From contig CBDFIJ010000004.1 of assembly GCA_965248055.1 (NCBI GenBank), positions 352,001-416,000 on the forward strand: a stretch of 64,000 nt of DNA, in the 5' to 3' direction. Origin of the DNA: Candidatus Multivoradales bacterium (lineage in GTDB: Bacteria; Acidobacteriota; Thermoanaerobaculia; Multivoradales; JAHEKO01). The notes under the pieces were generated by a model that saw nothing but the letters and a program-made list of their open reading frames with translations, was not told the origin of the DNA and ran no database searches. Below are positions 18,338-28,220 of the stretch, in pieces; the stretch's first letter is position 1; each line of letters opens with the position of its first letter. The position numbers and the translations under genes are program-made.

Positions 18338-18916
18338 CTACCCCATCTCCTTGATTTCGCGATAGCGAAAACACCCCAACTCATGGTCGTTGACCATCCC
18401 CACCGCCTGCATCAGGGCGTAGCAAATTGTAGAGCCGACGAAGCGAAAGCCGCGCTTCTTGAGGTCTTTGCTCAGTTGGTCAGACAGTTCGGTAGTCGCC
18501 GGAAGCTGGGACGACGACTTCCATCGGTTCTGAATCGGTTGGCCTTGGACGAATCCCCAGAGGTAGGCGTCAAAGCTGCCAAACTCCTTCTGTACGCCCA
18601 GGAAGGCTTGAGCGTTGGTGACGGTGGAGCGGACCTTCAGTTTGTTGCGTACGATTCCGGCGTCGAGCAATAGAGCTGCGATCTTCTTCTCGCCATAGCG
18701 CGCGACCTTGACCGGATCGAAACCATCAAACAGACGGCGGTAGTTCTCGCGCTTGTTGAGGATGGTGGTCCAACTCAAGCCGGCCTGGGCACCTTCCAAG
18801 GTCAAGAATTCGAACAGCACTTGATCATGGTGGACCGGTACGCCCCATTCCAGGTCATGGTAGTTGTGCTCCAACTCCGAGGCCCCAGCCCAACCACAGC
18901 GATCGCGTTCGGTCAT
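18338..18916 (-). CDS. tag: DNA-3-methyladenine glycosylase I
   Basis: RCGW, YHDLEWG, LEGAQAGLSW, FRFVGSTICYALMQAVGMVNDH and terminal Cys. Confidence 0.95.
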   Translation of the reverse strand: MTERDRCGWAGASELEHNYHDLEWGVPVHHDQVLFEFLTLEGAQAGLSWTTILNKRENYRRLFDGFDPVKVARYGEKKIAALLLDAGIVRNKLKVRSTVTNAQAFLGVQKEFGSFDAYLWGFVQGQPIQNRWKSSSQLPATTELSDQLSKDLKKRGFRFVGSTICYALMQAVGMVNDHELGCFRYREIKEMG

Positions 18917-19497
18917 TCCGGTTCTCCCAAATCTCCGTATCGTTGACGACGAAACTCGACACTGCTCTCGTCGATCGTCAAAACGAACAAATCGCCATAT
19001 TGGTCCTCGTTGATCTCGATCTGCGGCCCACCGAGACGAGCAATCACCAGGGGCACAGTATTGGAGTGCCCGACAATCAAGAACTTGAGGCCCGGTGAGG
19101 CCTCGACAATGCTTGCCATCTCCTCAATGTGGGCCTCCAAGCCAGACACTTCCATCGATTCGATCTTGATGTCTTTTTGTTGCGCAAATGGGGTCGCGGT
19201 CGCCCTAGTCCGCTCAAAGGGGGTCGACAAAACCCTGTCGATCCCGGCGCTTGCCAAATCCCTTGCCAGAGACACCGCTCGTGCAGCACCCATGGCACTC
19301 AACGGTGGATCGGACTCAACGTCCGTCACCTTCTCGGTATGACGCACCAAGTAGACCACGGTCGGCTCGCTGGTATTGAGCTCGGCGGGTGCGCTGGCGC
19401 AAGCTACAACCCCGAGTAGGCCAGAGCACCAGACACCGAGGCAGGTTACCCAACGCAGAATCCCAACCGGCCCTGAGACTGATGACCTACAACCCAT
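18913..19497 (-). CDS. Histidine phosphatase family (SixA/PGM-like), probably exported
   Basis: LVRHTEK, STPFERTRAT and IVGHSNT motifs, with a lipobox-like N-terminus. Confidence 0.85.
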   Translation of the reverse strand: MGCRSSVSGPVGILRWVTCLGVWCSGLLGVVACASAPAELNTSEPTVVYLVRHTEKVTDVESDPPLSAMGAARAVSLARDLASAGIDRVLSTPFERTRATATPFAQQKDIKIESMEVSGLEAHIEEMASIVEASPGLKFLIVGHSNTVPLVIARLGGPQIEINEDQYGDLFVLTIDESSVEFRRQRYGDLGEPE

Positions 19498-19617
19498 TTC
19501 GCACTCTCCTCATTCTGGCAATTCCTCGCCTCACTTAGCCTACCCGTCGCCATCTCCAGCCTGCAGATGCCGAGAAGCAGATCGACCGAAACCACTCTTA
19601 ATTGCGCCTGCAACGAC

Positions 19618-20280
19618 TCAACCCTGCAAACTCGCGGAGTCCGCGAACGCACTTTCGAGGGCCTGAAAGAACCTCCCCACTGTTTGACCGTCGACCAGAG
19701 CGTGGTGTACCTCGACTGAGACTGGAACCATCACCCGGTCTCCCACGTTGGAAAACCTGCCAAAAACAACCCTCGGGATCGACTCGCTGGGGTCCATCTT
19801 CTGGGCGTGAGAAATACTGCTAAAGCGGACCCAGGGGATCACCGAACCGTGGACCACCGCATCGTTTCCGGGTTGATCGCCCATCGCATTCTTCGTGCCT
19901 GCTATAGGATCAGCAGCAACCAAACGGGCCGCAGCGTCAAATTTTGGGAAGCTCCTCTGGTAGGGCAAGTAACAAAACCGAAACGAGCCGTCGTCCGCCA
20001 ACACGGTACTGGCGATAGAAACCTGATCGTAAGCCCAAATGCGACCTTGACGCAGACGATAGCGAAATGGCTCCAAGGCATTGACCACTTGCTGGCAGTG
20101 GTACCAACCGACCCAAGTCGGAGCGATGCCCAAGTCTCGGCAAGCCTTCACTGACGCCGTCGCTTCGACCTCGGCGCAGAGATTGAAGAACGGGTGCTGG
20201 TACTGCGAGAAAAAGTCGAACATCCGACGCCCAGGCCAAGTGTCTAGGTCGAGATAGTGTCCTGATGAGTTGTGGATCAT
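19618..20280 (-). CDS. Chloramphenicol acetyltransferase (CatA)-like O-acetyltransferase
   Basis: W.GR..FDFF, SVIPWVRFSS, SIPRVVFGR and catalytic VHHALVDG motifs. Confidence 0.85.
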   Translation of the reverse strand: MIHNSSGHYLDLDTWPGRRMFDFFSQYQHPFFNLCAEVEATASVKACRDLGIAPTWVGWYHCQQVVNALEPFRYRLRQGRIWAYDQVSIASTVLADDGSFRFCYLPYQRSFPKFDAAARLVAADPIAGTKNAMGDQPGNDAVVHGSVIPWVRFSSISHAQKMDPSESIPRVVFGRFSNVGDRVMVPVSVEVHHALVDGQTVGRFFQALESAFADSASLQG

Positions 20281-20360
20281 TGTTGCTCGTATGTTTGGTT
20301 CACCGCAGCCTTCGCCGTTCAGCCAGCGATGCCGAAACTGCGACGCTTATACTCTGCCCT

Positions 20361-21716
20361 ATGCTACTCGCACCAAGAAATCAGGTCGCCCTTCTACTGC
20401 TGCTGTTCGCCCCGGGTTATATCGCCGCTGAACTCGCCAGCAACCGGCTGACTGACCCGATGGAGATTGCCGTCGTTACGGCCATCGAAAACCGCTCGCA
20501 GCAAGACCACCACCTCCTGGTTCGCACAGTGAATATCAACAGCGGAACCCTCAATCTGAAAGGCGTCCGCGAAGTCGGAATGGTCTTCGAGCAGCAGTTC
20601 CAGGACCTGGGGTTCACCACTCGCTGGATCGATGGAGAGGCCTTCGAGCGCGCCGGACACTTGGTTGCGGAGTTTCCTGGAAACGACACCGCAGTCGCCA
20701 GATCCCATTTCTTGCTAATCGGGCATCTAGACACGGTGTTCGAGCCGGACAGCCCGTTCCAAGAGGCGGAAATCATCGTTGGCCACGACGCCCTACTCAA
20801 AGGACCCGGAACCACCGACATGAAGGGTGGCAACGTGGTGATGCTTGCGGCATTGCGTGGACTCAAAGAGGCAGGCGTCTTGGCAACCATGCAGATCACC
20901 GTCATCCTGACCGGCGACGAGGAGAAGGTTGGGAACCCTTTGGAGATTTCCCGTGCCGAATTGTTGCGGCTGGGCAACGAGGCCGATATCGCATTGGGTT
21001 TCGAGGATGGCGACGGCAACCCAGCTACCGCAGTGGTAGCTCGGCGCGGTTCCAGCCGGTGGCAGCTTGAGGTCGAGGGGGTCTCGTCGCATTCGTCGCA
21101 AGTTTTCCAGCCCCAGGTCGGGGCCGGGGCGATCTATGAACTGGCTCGCGTACTGAATGCCTTTCGCACGGAACTGGCCGATCTGGAAGACCTAACCTAC
21201 AGCCCAGGTGTGATCTTGGGTGGCACCGAAACCGATTTCGATTCTGAGCAGGGCCGAGGCACGGCGTTTGGCAAGAACAACGTGGTCGCCCAAACCGCCG
21301 TCGCCAGTGGGGATATCCGGGCTACATCGCCCGAGCAACTCGCCGAGGCACGCCGCAGGATGGAGCAAATCGTCTCTCAGGCACTGCCACAGACCAACAC
21401 CCGGTTGGTGTTCGAGAATCGCTACCCGCCGATGGGCGCAAGTGGGGGCAACCTTGAACTGTTGGAGATCTACAACCAAGCCAGTATCGACCTGGGGGCC
21501 GGGCCGGTCGAGGCAGTCAATCCACGCAACGCGGGCGCAGCCGACATCGCCTTCGTCGCCGCTGAGGTAGAAATGGCCCTGGATGGAATTGGACTGATGG
21601 GACACGGCGGGCACACGGTCGAGGAAACTGCCAACTTGGACAACCTGCCGGTTCAAGCTGCACGCACTGCTTTGACCATGATGCGGGTTGCTCGGGCTCG
21701 GGCAGCTTCACAGTAA
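20361..21716 (+). CDS. M20 family metallopeptidase (glutamate carboxypeptidase-like), secreted
   Basis: VNINSGT, IGHLDTVF, GPGTTDMKGG, GDEE, GAAD and GHTVEE motifs. Confidence 0.9.
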   Translation: MLLAPRNQVALLLLLFAPGYIAAELASNRLTDPMEIAVVTAIENRSQQDHHLLVRTVNINSGTLNLKGVREVGMVFEQQFQDLGFTTRWIDGEAFERAGHLVAEFPGNDTAVARSHFLLIGHLDTVFEPDSPFQEAEIIVGHDALLKGPGTTDMKGGNVVMLAALRGLKEAGVLATMQITVILTGDEEKVGNPLEISRAELLRLGNEADIALGFEDGDGNPATAVVARRGSSRWQLEVEGVSSHSSQVFQPQVGAGAIYELARVLNAFRTELADLEDLTYSPGVILGGTETDFDSEQGRGTAFGKNNVVAQTAVASGDIRATSPEQLAEARRRMEQIVSQALPQTNTRLVFENRYPPMGASGGNLELLEIYNQASIDLGAGPVEAVNPRNAGAADIAFVAAEVEMALDGIGLMGHGGHTVEETANLDNLPVQAARTALTMMRVARARAASQ

Positions 21717-21765
21717 ACTTCGCCACAAGTTCTTCCGACCCCAACTGCGCCCACCCCATCTAGCT

Positions 21766-22761
21766 ATGTCCAAGTCCTCCCCAGCATCCGATCCGGCAAG
21801 AGTACCCGCCAAGATTCTGTTCATCGGTGGCTTCGGCCGCAGTGGTACCACCATCCTCGACAACGTCCTGGGTCAGGTAGATGGTTTCTTCTCTGCCGGT
21901 GAGACGCTCTATATCTGGGATCGTTCCTTCATCGAAGATCGCCTGTGCGGATGCAGTAGAGCCTTTAGCGAGTGTCCCGTCTGGCAACCGATCGCAGGCA
22001 AGATTGCACCGCGCGGTGAAACCGCGGAGAAACGCCGGGAAGAACTAGACCATTGGGTACAAGTGCGAGAGAGCTTGACCCCCAAGCGCGTCACCTTGGC
22101 TGCCAGGGGCGGCATGAGTCCAGACTCTGCCAGTGGTATCGCCCACGGGGTCGCCGAGTACCAGCGGCGTATGATCGATGTCTACCGCGCGATCCAACAA
22201 GAAACCGGCTGCCAGGTGATCGTCGATTCATCCAAGTCACCCGGGCATGGGTACTTGCTGCAAGGTAGCCCCGAGCTGGACGCTTACGCGGTTCACATCG
22301 TGCGCGATCCCCGCGCCGTCGCTTTTTCCTGGCAAAAGAAGAAAGTCTATGACCCGTCCGGCGACCAACCGTTGATGATGAGCCGTCACTCCCCCGCCCG
22401 CAGTTCCAGGCTGTGGAACACCTGGAACATGGCCACCCAGGCGGTTTGGAAGAAATCGCCCTCGCGCTATATGCGTATCCGTTATGAAGATTTCATGGCG
22501 CAACCCCGTTCCACACTGCAAGAGATTCTGGACCACGTTGGGGAAGGCAACCGCTCTCTCGACTTCGTGCGTGGAAACACCGTGGAGATGGGTGAGATCC
22601 ACGCACTGGCGGGAAACCCGAGCCGGTTCAATGATGGTTCGGTGGAGCTGCGCCGCGACGACCGCTGGCGCCAAGATCAACCAGCAGGGCACCGACGCTT
22701 GGTAACCTTGCTGACCTATCCCCTGCTGCGTCGTTACGGTTATCTGGGCAAGTCGAGCTAA
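21766..22761 (+). CDS. Sulfotransferase family protein
   Basis: PAPS-binding GFGRSGTT, VDSSK, VRDPRAVAFS, RYED and GNPSRF motifs. Confidence 0.9.
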   Translation: MSKSSPASDPARVPAKILFIGGFGRSGTTILDNVLGQVDGFFSAGETLYIWDRSFIEDRLCGCSRAFSECPVWQPIAGKIAPRGETAEKRREELDHWVQVRESLTPKRVTLAARGGMSPDSASGIAHGVAEYQRRMIDVYRAIQQETGCQVIVDSSKSPGHGYLLQGSPELDAYAVHIVRDPRAVAFSWQKKKVYDPSGDQPLMMSRHSPARSSRLWNTWNMATQAVWKKSPSRYMRIRYEDFMAQPRSTLQEILDHVGEGNRSLDFVRGNTVEMGEIHALAGNPSRFNDGSVELRRDDRWRQDQPAGHRRLVTLLTYPLLRRYGYLGKSS

Positions 22762-24266
22762 GCTCGTCCGCGTAGCGCCGCCATTAAGCCGAGGATGCCA
22801 TTCTCGCGGCGACCCAGCCCCGACCCCAACCAGATCACAACGCCAGCGACCAAGAGCTGCAGGAGCGTGGTGGTCGCGCTCGGTGCGCTCCATCGGCCCA
22901 ATCCCAACACCAAGACCAACGCAGCCAAGGTAGAGAGAATCAGTGGCAGGTAGTCTTTTCCGTAGGGCCACAGCTTCATCGAGTGGCGTACCATCACCAA
23001 CCCAGAAACAAACAATCCGGCCAGGGCCACTGCGGTTGCTACCGCAGCACCAACTAGCCCCGCACGGGGGATCAGCACGATATTGAGAGCTATGTTAACC
23101 GCCACGGCCAATGCAGACGCGGTCAGCCACCAATTTTGGCGCCCACTCATGACCAGTAGATACCCGACCGCGCCAGTGACCAGATTGACCAACTGACCCA
23201 ACATCAAGATGCGCAGCGGCAGCGCTCCGGTGGCGAACTCGACTGGCAACAAAAGCCTCAGGATTCCTTCGGGGTTTAACAACAAGACCACCGCCAACGG
23301 CAAACAAAGGAGCAAGCCCCAACGCGTCGCGGCACGGTACAGGTCATTCAAACGTTGCCGCTCCCCCTGGTGGTAGAGGTCGGCAATCATCGGCGCAAAC
23401 ACGTGATTGAAGGAACTCAAAACGACGACAAAAAAGAACGTGATCCGCGCCGCGGCGTGATAAATCCCGGTGTCGACTTCCGGCCGAAAGTAGCCGACCA
23501 GCAAAACGTCGACCGACATCACCACCAGACCCAAAGTCCCCGCCAGTGACGTGGGAACGGCGAAGCCCAGAAGCTCACGATGGCTAACCAAGCCGGTCTC
23601 ACGAACGTTCCACAACCCTGGAACGATCCGTCCCAGGTAAATCAGCGCCAGGACGAAAGCAAAACCGAACGACAGCACGGTGGCGGCAGCCGCTCCCAGG
23701 ATTTCTCTACCGGCCAAGTAGAAGCCGACCACCAAGACCAACTGTGCCAACGGTTGCGCGATGTCCTCAGCGATCGCGCTATAGCGCATGTCCCGACCAA
23801 CCCGGGACGCTGCCGCAGCGACTCGCAAAGCGGGAACCAAGATCAGGCCCAAAGCAAAGACCTGCAACACTGAACGCAAACTAGGCTTTTGGTAGACCTC
23901 GTCGGCCAACCAAGGTGCCGCCAAGAACAGTGCTGCCGCGGCGACTATGCCGCAAAGCATGGTCACAGTGAGGGCGCGCCGGACAAGGGCGGCAAGTTGC
24001 TGACCCTCTTGCCCGACCATCCTCGACCCGAAGCGGATCACTCCGTTGTCCAGTCCAAGCGCAGCGAGCAACCCGCCTATCAAGAGAAACGTCCAACCGA
24101 TACCGAATAGCCCAATGCCCGCCGCCCCGAGCATCCGAGGCAAGAGCAACCCGGTTACTCCATACGACACCGCTCGACCGACAAAGCGCCCCGGCACCAA
24201 CCATCCAGCACCGCGAGCCAGAGTCGTGGCGTCTTGTTGATGGAAGTCACGGGTCGGATCAGACAC
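22758..24266 (-). CDS. Wzx/MOP-superfamily polysaccharide flippase
   Basis: About 14 TM helices, with LGLDNGVIRF, DVLLVG, GIYHAA and VNIALNIVLIP..GLVGAAVAT motifs. Confidence 0.9.
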   Translation of the reverse strand: MSDPTRDFHQQDATTLARGAGWLVPGRFVGRAVSYGVTGLLLPRMLGAAGIGLFGIGWTFLLIGGLLAALGLDNGVIRFGSRMVGQEGQQLAALVRRALTVTMLCGIVAAAALFLAAPWLADEVYQKPSLRSVLQVFALGLILVPALRVAAAASRVGRDMRYSAIAEDIAQPLAQLVLVVGFYLAGREILGAAAATVLSFGFAFVLALIYLGRIVPGLWNVRETGLVSHRELLGFAVPTSLAGTLGLVVMSVDVLLVGYFRPEVDTGIYHAAARITFFFVVVLSSFNHVFAPMIADLYHQGERQRLNDLYRAATRWGLLLCLPLAVVLLLNPEGILRLLLPVEFATGALPLRILMLGQLVNLVTGAVGYLLVMSGRQNWWLTASALAVAVNIALNIVLIPRAGLVGAAVATAVALAGLFVSGLVMVRHSMKLWPYGKDYLPLILSTLAALVLVLGLGRWSAPSATTTLLQLLVAGVVIWLGSGLGRRENGILGLMAALRGRA

Positions 24267-24431
24267 GGCGGGATTTTACGGCATTGACTATCCGTCGATG
24301 AACCGACATCTGATTTGTGCCCCGTCGGGAAACTCCCGGCGGGCGATAGCGGGAGGGGTCAAGCCCCTCCCCAATGAAATCACCCTATGCCTCGGCCAGC
24401 CCAAGAATCCGGCTGGAAGACAACTGCCGTC

Positions 24432-24818
24432 CTAGAGGCAGGACAGGAAACCTTCACCGCACTGACTGGTACACGCTTCATGAGCCTTGAAAGCACCACC
24501 CAAGGCTTCCATGCAACCCGCTTGGCACTGGATTTCGGCGTTCAAAGACCCGGAAATACAGTTGACGTAGGCCAATTGATCGTCCGCGAGCGCAGCGCAA
24601 TTGGTCTCAGCAGCTTGATTTTGAGCACTACCGCAACCGTCCAGACAACTCTGCACTTCTGCGTTCGCTGCTGCCCAGGCTTCGTCACACTCCGCCGTGC
24701 AGGCGGCGAATTCCGTGTAGCAGGACTCCGCATTGGGGCAACCCATGACCAACACCGATAGAACAAGAACCAACCCAACACCCAGGATCTGAGGGAACAA
24801 TCGAGGACCATTCTTCAT
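24432..24818 (-). CDS. Cysteine-rich lipoprotein of unknown function
   Basis: AGGAG RBS, signal peptide with lipobox VMG-C, then 12 further cysteines. Confidence 0.75.
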   Translation of the reverse strand: MKNGPRLFPQILGVGLVLVLSVLVMGCPNAESCYTEFAACTAECDEAWAAANAEVQSCLDGCGSAQNQAAETNCAALADDQLAYVNCISGSLNAEIQCQAGCMEALGGAFKAHEACTSQCGEGFLSCL

Positions 24819-24945
24819 GCGACATCTCCTTCTTCTATATTTGCCCTGCTACTCCAGCGATTGAGGCAGCAAAACTTCAGTTACGAATTAACTGGAGCAG
24901 AGTACTACAACCCTAGGAACGAATCCAGACAATTCGTCGCAACCC

Positions 24946-25116
24946 TTGCGTTCCTTGTTGCACCCCCGTAGGCTTCGGTTTCATTGAGCGCCGACCTCCG
25001 GTCAGTCCCGGCGCCCCGCGTGAATCGTGGGTTTTCACGATTAAGCGCGGATCTCTTTTTTTAAAAGCAAGACACTGCCTGGACCGGTAATCTGTAGGCC
25101 GTTTCTAGGAGTTCCT
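24946..25116 (+). promoter_or_regulatory. rhlE promoter and structured 5' leader
   Basis: TTGCGT-17 nt-TAGGCT (24946-24974). Hairpins at 24988-25014 and 25016-25050, followed by a T-run at 25056-25062. Confidence 0.5.
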
Positions 25117-26523
25117 ATGTCCTTTCGTAAATTGGGTCTTAGACCCGAACTGTTGAGTGCCGTCGAATCGGCTGGCTATAAAGAGCCGACCCCGATTCAA
25201 CAACAAGCCATCCCGATCGTGCTCGAAGGGCGCGATTTGATGGGTGCCGCTCAGACCGGTACGGGTAAGACCGCCGGTTTCACCCTGCCGTTACTGCAGC
25301 GTCTGATGGCCTCGGATCCGGCATCCGATCAGGCTAATGGCCGCAATGGTCGACGCCAGCCGGCGTCTCGCCCGGTTCGTTGCTTAATTGTTACCCCAAC
25401 TCGAGAGTTGGCGGCGCAGGTCAATGAGAGCGTATGTACCTACGGGCGCAATCTGCCGCTCAAGTCGACGATGATTTTTGGCGGCGTCGGCATGCAACCA
25501 CAGATCAATGCGCTCAAGAGAGGTGTCGACATCGTGGTCGCCACTCCGGGCCGCCTGCTGGATCACGCTGGTCGCAAGACCCTCAATCTGTCACAGGTCG
25601 AGATCCTGGTGCTCGACGAAGCCGACCGGATGCTCGACATGGGCTTTATTCATGACATCCGCAGAATCATCAAGTTGATGCCGGCCAAGCGTCAAAATCT
25701 ACTGTTCAGCGCCACCCTCGACGGTACGGTGCGAGAGCTGGCAAACGGATTTCTTGATAGCCCGGCTTTCATTCAAGTGGCGCAACCGAGGGTTGCCGCA
25801 GACACCGTTGAGCAAGCGATCTACCGGGTCAACCGTGGAGACAAGACCAACGCCTTGATCTCTCTGATCAAGGGTGGCGACTGGTCGCAGGTATTGGTGT
25901 TCACACGCACCAAGCACCGCGCCAATCGACTGGCGGCGCAGATCGACCGCGCCGGTATTTCGGCGACCGCGATCCATGGCAACAAGAGCCAGGGAGCGAG
26001 AACTCGCGCCTTGAAAGACTTCAAAGCCAATCGAGTGCGCGTTTTGGTCGCGACCGACATCGCCGCCCGCGGCCTCGACATCAGCGGGCTGCCCCACGTG
26101 GTCAACTTCGAGATCTCCCAGGTCCCGGAGGACTATGTCCATCGCATCGGTCGCACTGGCCGAGCAGGAGCCGGTGGCCAGGCGGTGTCTCTGATCTCCA
26201 GTGACGAAGAAAAACTGCTGAAAGGCATCGAACGCTTGCTGAAGGAAAAACTCCCCGAGTCACAGCTGGAAGGATTCAAGCGCAGCGCAGTTGATCCAAC
26301 TCCCGCGCCCTACCAGCATCGCCCCGGACGCCCCCAAGGGCGGAAGCCTGGCGCTCAGCCCGGCAAACGGACCGGGGGCGGTCGCTCTACCAATGGCCAT
26401 GCTGGGAACAAAAAGTCAGCCGCAGGAGGCTCTGGAAGACCGCGCCGAAAAGCCGGACCAAGTGGGCCAGGAGCCGGTCCAGGTCGTCCCAAGCGACGCC
26501 AATGGCGCGCCGCTACGCCGTAG
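25117..26523 (+). CDS. rhlE: DEAD-box RNA helicase RhlE-like
   Basis: Q motif, [31 protein letters not shown] and a basic disordered tail. Confidence 0.92.
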   Translation: MSFRKLGLRPELLSAVESAGYKEPTPIQQQAIPIVLEGRDLMGAAQTGTGKTAGFTLPLLQRLMASDPASDQANGRNGRRQPASRPVRCLIVTPTRELAAQVNESVCTYGRNLPLKSTMIFGGVGMQPQINALKRGVDIVVATPGRLLDHAGRKTLNLSQVEILVLDEADRMLDMGFIHDIRRIIKLMPAKRQNLLFSATLDGTVRELANGFLDSPAFIQVAQPRVAADTVEQAIYRVNRGDKTNALISLIKGGDWSQVLVFTRTKHRANRLAAQIDRAGISATAIHGNKSQGARTRALKDFKANRVRVLVATDIAARGLDISGLPHVVNFEISQVPEDYVHRIGRTGRAGAGGQAVSLISSDEEKLLKGIERLLKEKLPESQLEGFKRSAVDPTPAPYQHRPGRPQGRKPGAQPGKRTGGGRSTNGHAGNKKSAAGGSGRPRRKAGPSGPGAGPGRPKRRQWRAATP

Positions 26524-26919
26524 CGAGACTGAGAAGCCTAGACGGGAGGGGATAACCCCCTCCCATCTAGGAGCCAAAGAGCGGGAACAGACCATCATCC
26601 CCTACTTGAACTTGGAAAAAAACGAAGTTGGTAAGAATCGGTTCCAGTAAAGCGCATGTTCTCGTTTCGTAGGGGAGCCCTTTGCGGGCTCCCGCTCGGT
26701 TCGAGAAACCAAGGTGCTCAGAAAGCCCTACACATTGCGCCGCGTTGGCTGGGGCGCTAGGCAACCTGAAGTTCTTCCTCGACAGTCTCGCGAATCTTGA
26801 ACTTCCAGGATCTTGGCGGACACCGCCATCGGGAGCTGGTCCACCTCTTCGACCTGACGCTGAACCTTAAGGTGGGCCATTCCCCGGCGGACAAATCCGC
26901 AAAATAGCAGTGCAGTCCA

Positions 26920-27804
26920 CTAGGTAGCTCGCTGTTGAAGCGTCAGCGCGACACCGCCCAGGATCACTGAACTCGCGACAACCAATCGCGTGCTCAGTAC
27001 CTCGTGCAGAAAAAATACGCCGCCCAGAGCCGCGATGACCGGCACCAGCAACTGCACGGTCGCGGCTTGGGTGTTGGCCAACCCAGGTAGAGCGGCATAC
27101 CAGACAACGTATCCCAGCCCCGAAGTCACTGCGCCAGAAATAACCGCCAACCCGACTCCCGCGACGGTGAGGTTTTGATCGCCCCAAAGCACAATTGCCA
27201 GAACTACCGCCAACGGCGCTGCACAGAGAAAATTCGAAGCCGTTGCGGCCACCGGATCGGCCACCGAACGACCCCAGAGCGAGTAGAAACCCCAAGCAAC
27301 ACCCGAGAGAAGCATCAGTACCGAGCCGGTCAGCGACGGAGCCGCCAGCCCGGGAGACAGCAAATATGCCAGTCCGGAAAACGCGCCGACCAACCCCAGA
27401 CTTTGCCACCACGCCAGCCGGTCGCCCTGGAGCATGCCCGCCAGCAACATCGTAATCTGCACCGCGGCAAACAAAATAAGAGCTCCGGTACCAGCGTCCA
27501 GAGTCAAGTAAGCGAAGGAAAAAGCGGCGGCGTAGATTAACAACGCCAGCGACGGACCCCATCTAGCCATCGACCGCGCCCGAGACTTTGTTGGCCTCAG
27601 CCAACGCCGCAGGAGAAAAATGAGTGCCAGAGTCAGTGCTCCAGACACCAGTCGAACTGCGGTAAAACTGGCTGCATCAAGGCCTTGCTCTGCCAACGCC
27701 ATCCTGGCAAGGATCGAGTTCCCGGCGAAGGCCAGAAGAGCAAGAGTGGTGAACAGTGAGGTACGCAGGATTACCCCAGATCTCAAGACTCCGATGGACC
27801 CCAA
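26920..27804 (-). CDS. DMT/EamA family transporter
   Basis: About 10 TM helices, with AFAGNS, FSFAY..LDAGTGALILF and SGLGYVVWY motifs. Confidence 0.88.
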   Translation of the reverse strand: MGSIGVLRSGVILRTSLFTTLALLAFAGNSILARMALAEQGLDAASFTAVRLVSGALTLALIFLLRRWLRPTKSRARSMARWGPSLALLIYAAAFSFAYLTLDAGTGALILFAAVQITMLLAGMLQGDRLAWWQSLGLVGAFSGLAYLLSPGLAAPSLTGSVLMLLSGVAWGFYSLWGRSVADPVAATASNFLCAAPLAVVLAIVLWGDQNLTVAGVGLAVISGAVTSGLGYVVWYAALPGLANTQAATVQLLVPVIAALGGVFFLHEVLSTRLVVASSVILGGVALTLQQRAT

Positions 27805-28188
27805 AACGCCAACATCCAGCGGATCGCAAACCGATCCTCGACCATTCCCATTCTCCCTTGCAAAGGCATCAGTACCTTGCCCTCGCGAGACAAAGAGGCG
27901 AACGCGTTCTCCTGTTCACTCGCATCAGAAAAGGCGACGAACAGAGCAAAGTTTGTCCCCTCCTGCATCTCCTGCCCTGGCATTGCTGCCAGATGCCATC
28001 AACACCAAATCGCCAGCACGGAATTCAGAATTGCACACTCGATCCGCTGCCTCTGACGAAAGTTCCATTGGTGCATCGGCATAAGTCTGAAGCATGGCGA
28101 TCGTGCCGTCGAGACAGTCGGCGCAAAACTGGAGCGCTCGTTGACAAGTTTCCGGAAAAAAGAGGTAAGGCCGCAGGTTTTTCGTCAC
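27783..28188 (-). pseudogene. VOC/PhnB family protein, frameshifted
   Basis: PYLFFPETCQRALQF...LVLMAS joins MPGQE...GKVLMPL...GMVEDRFAIRWML after removal of one A near 27983. Confidence 0.8.
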
Positions 28189-28220
28189 AAACCCTCCGAG
28201 ATCCCACTACACAACTGCCT

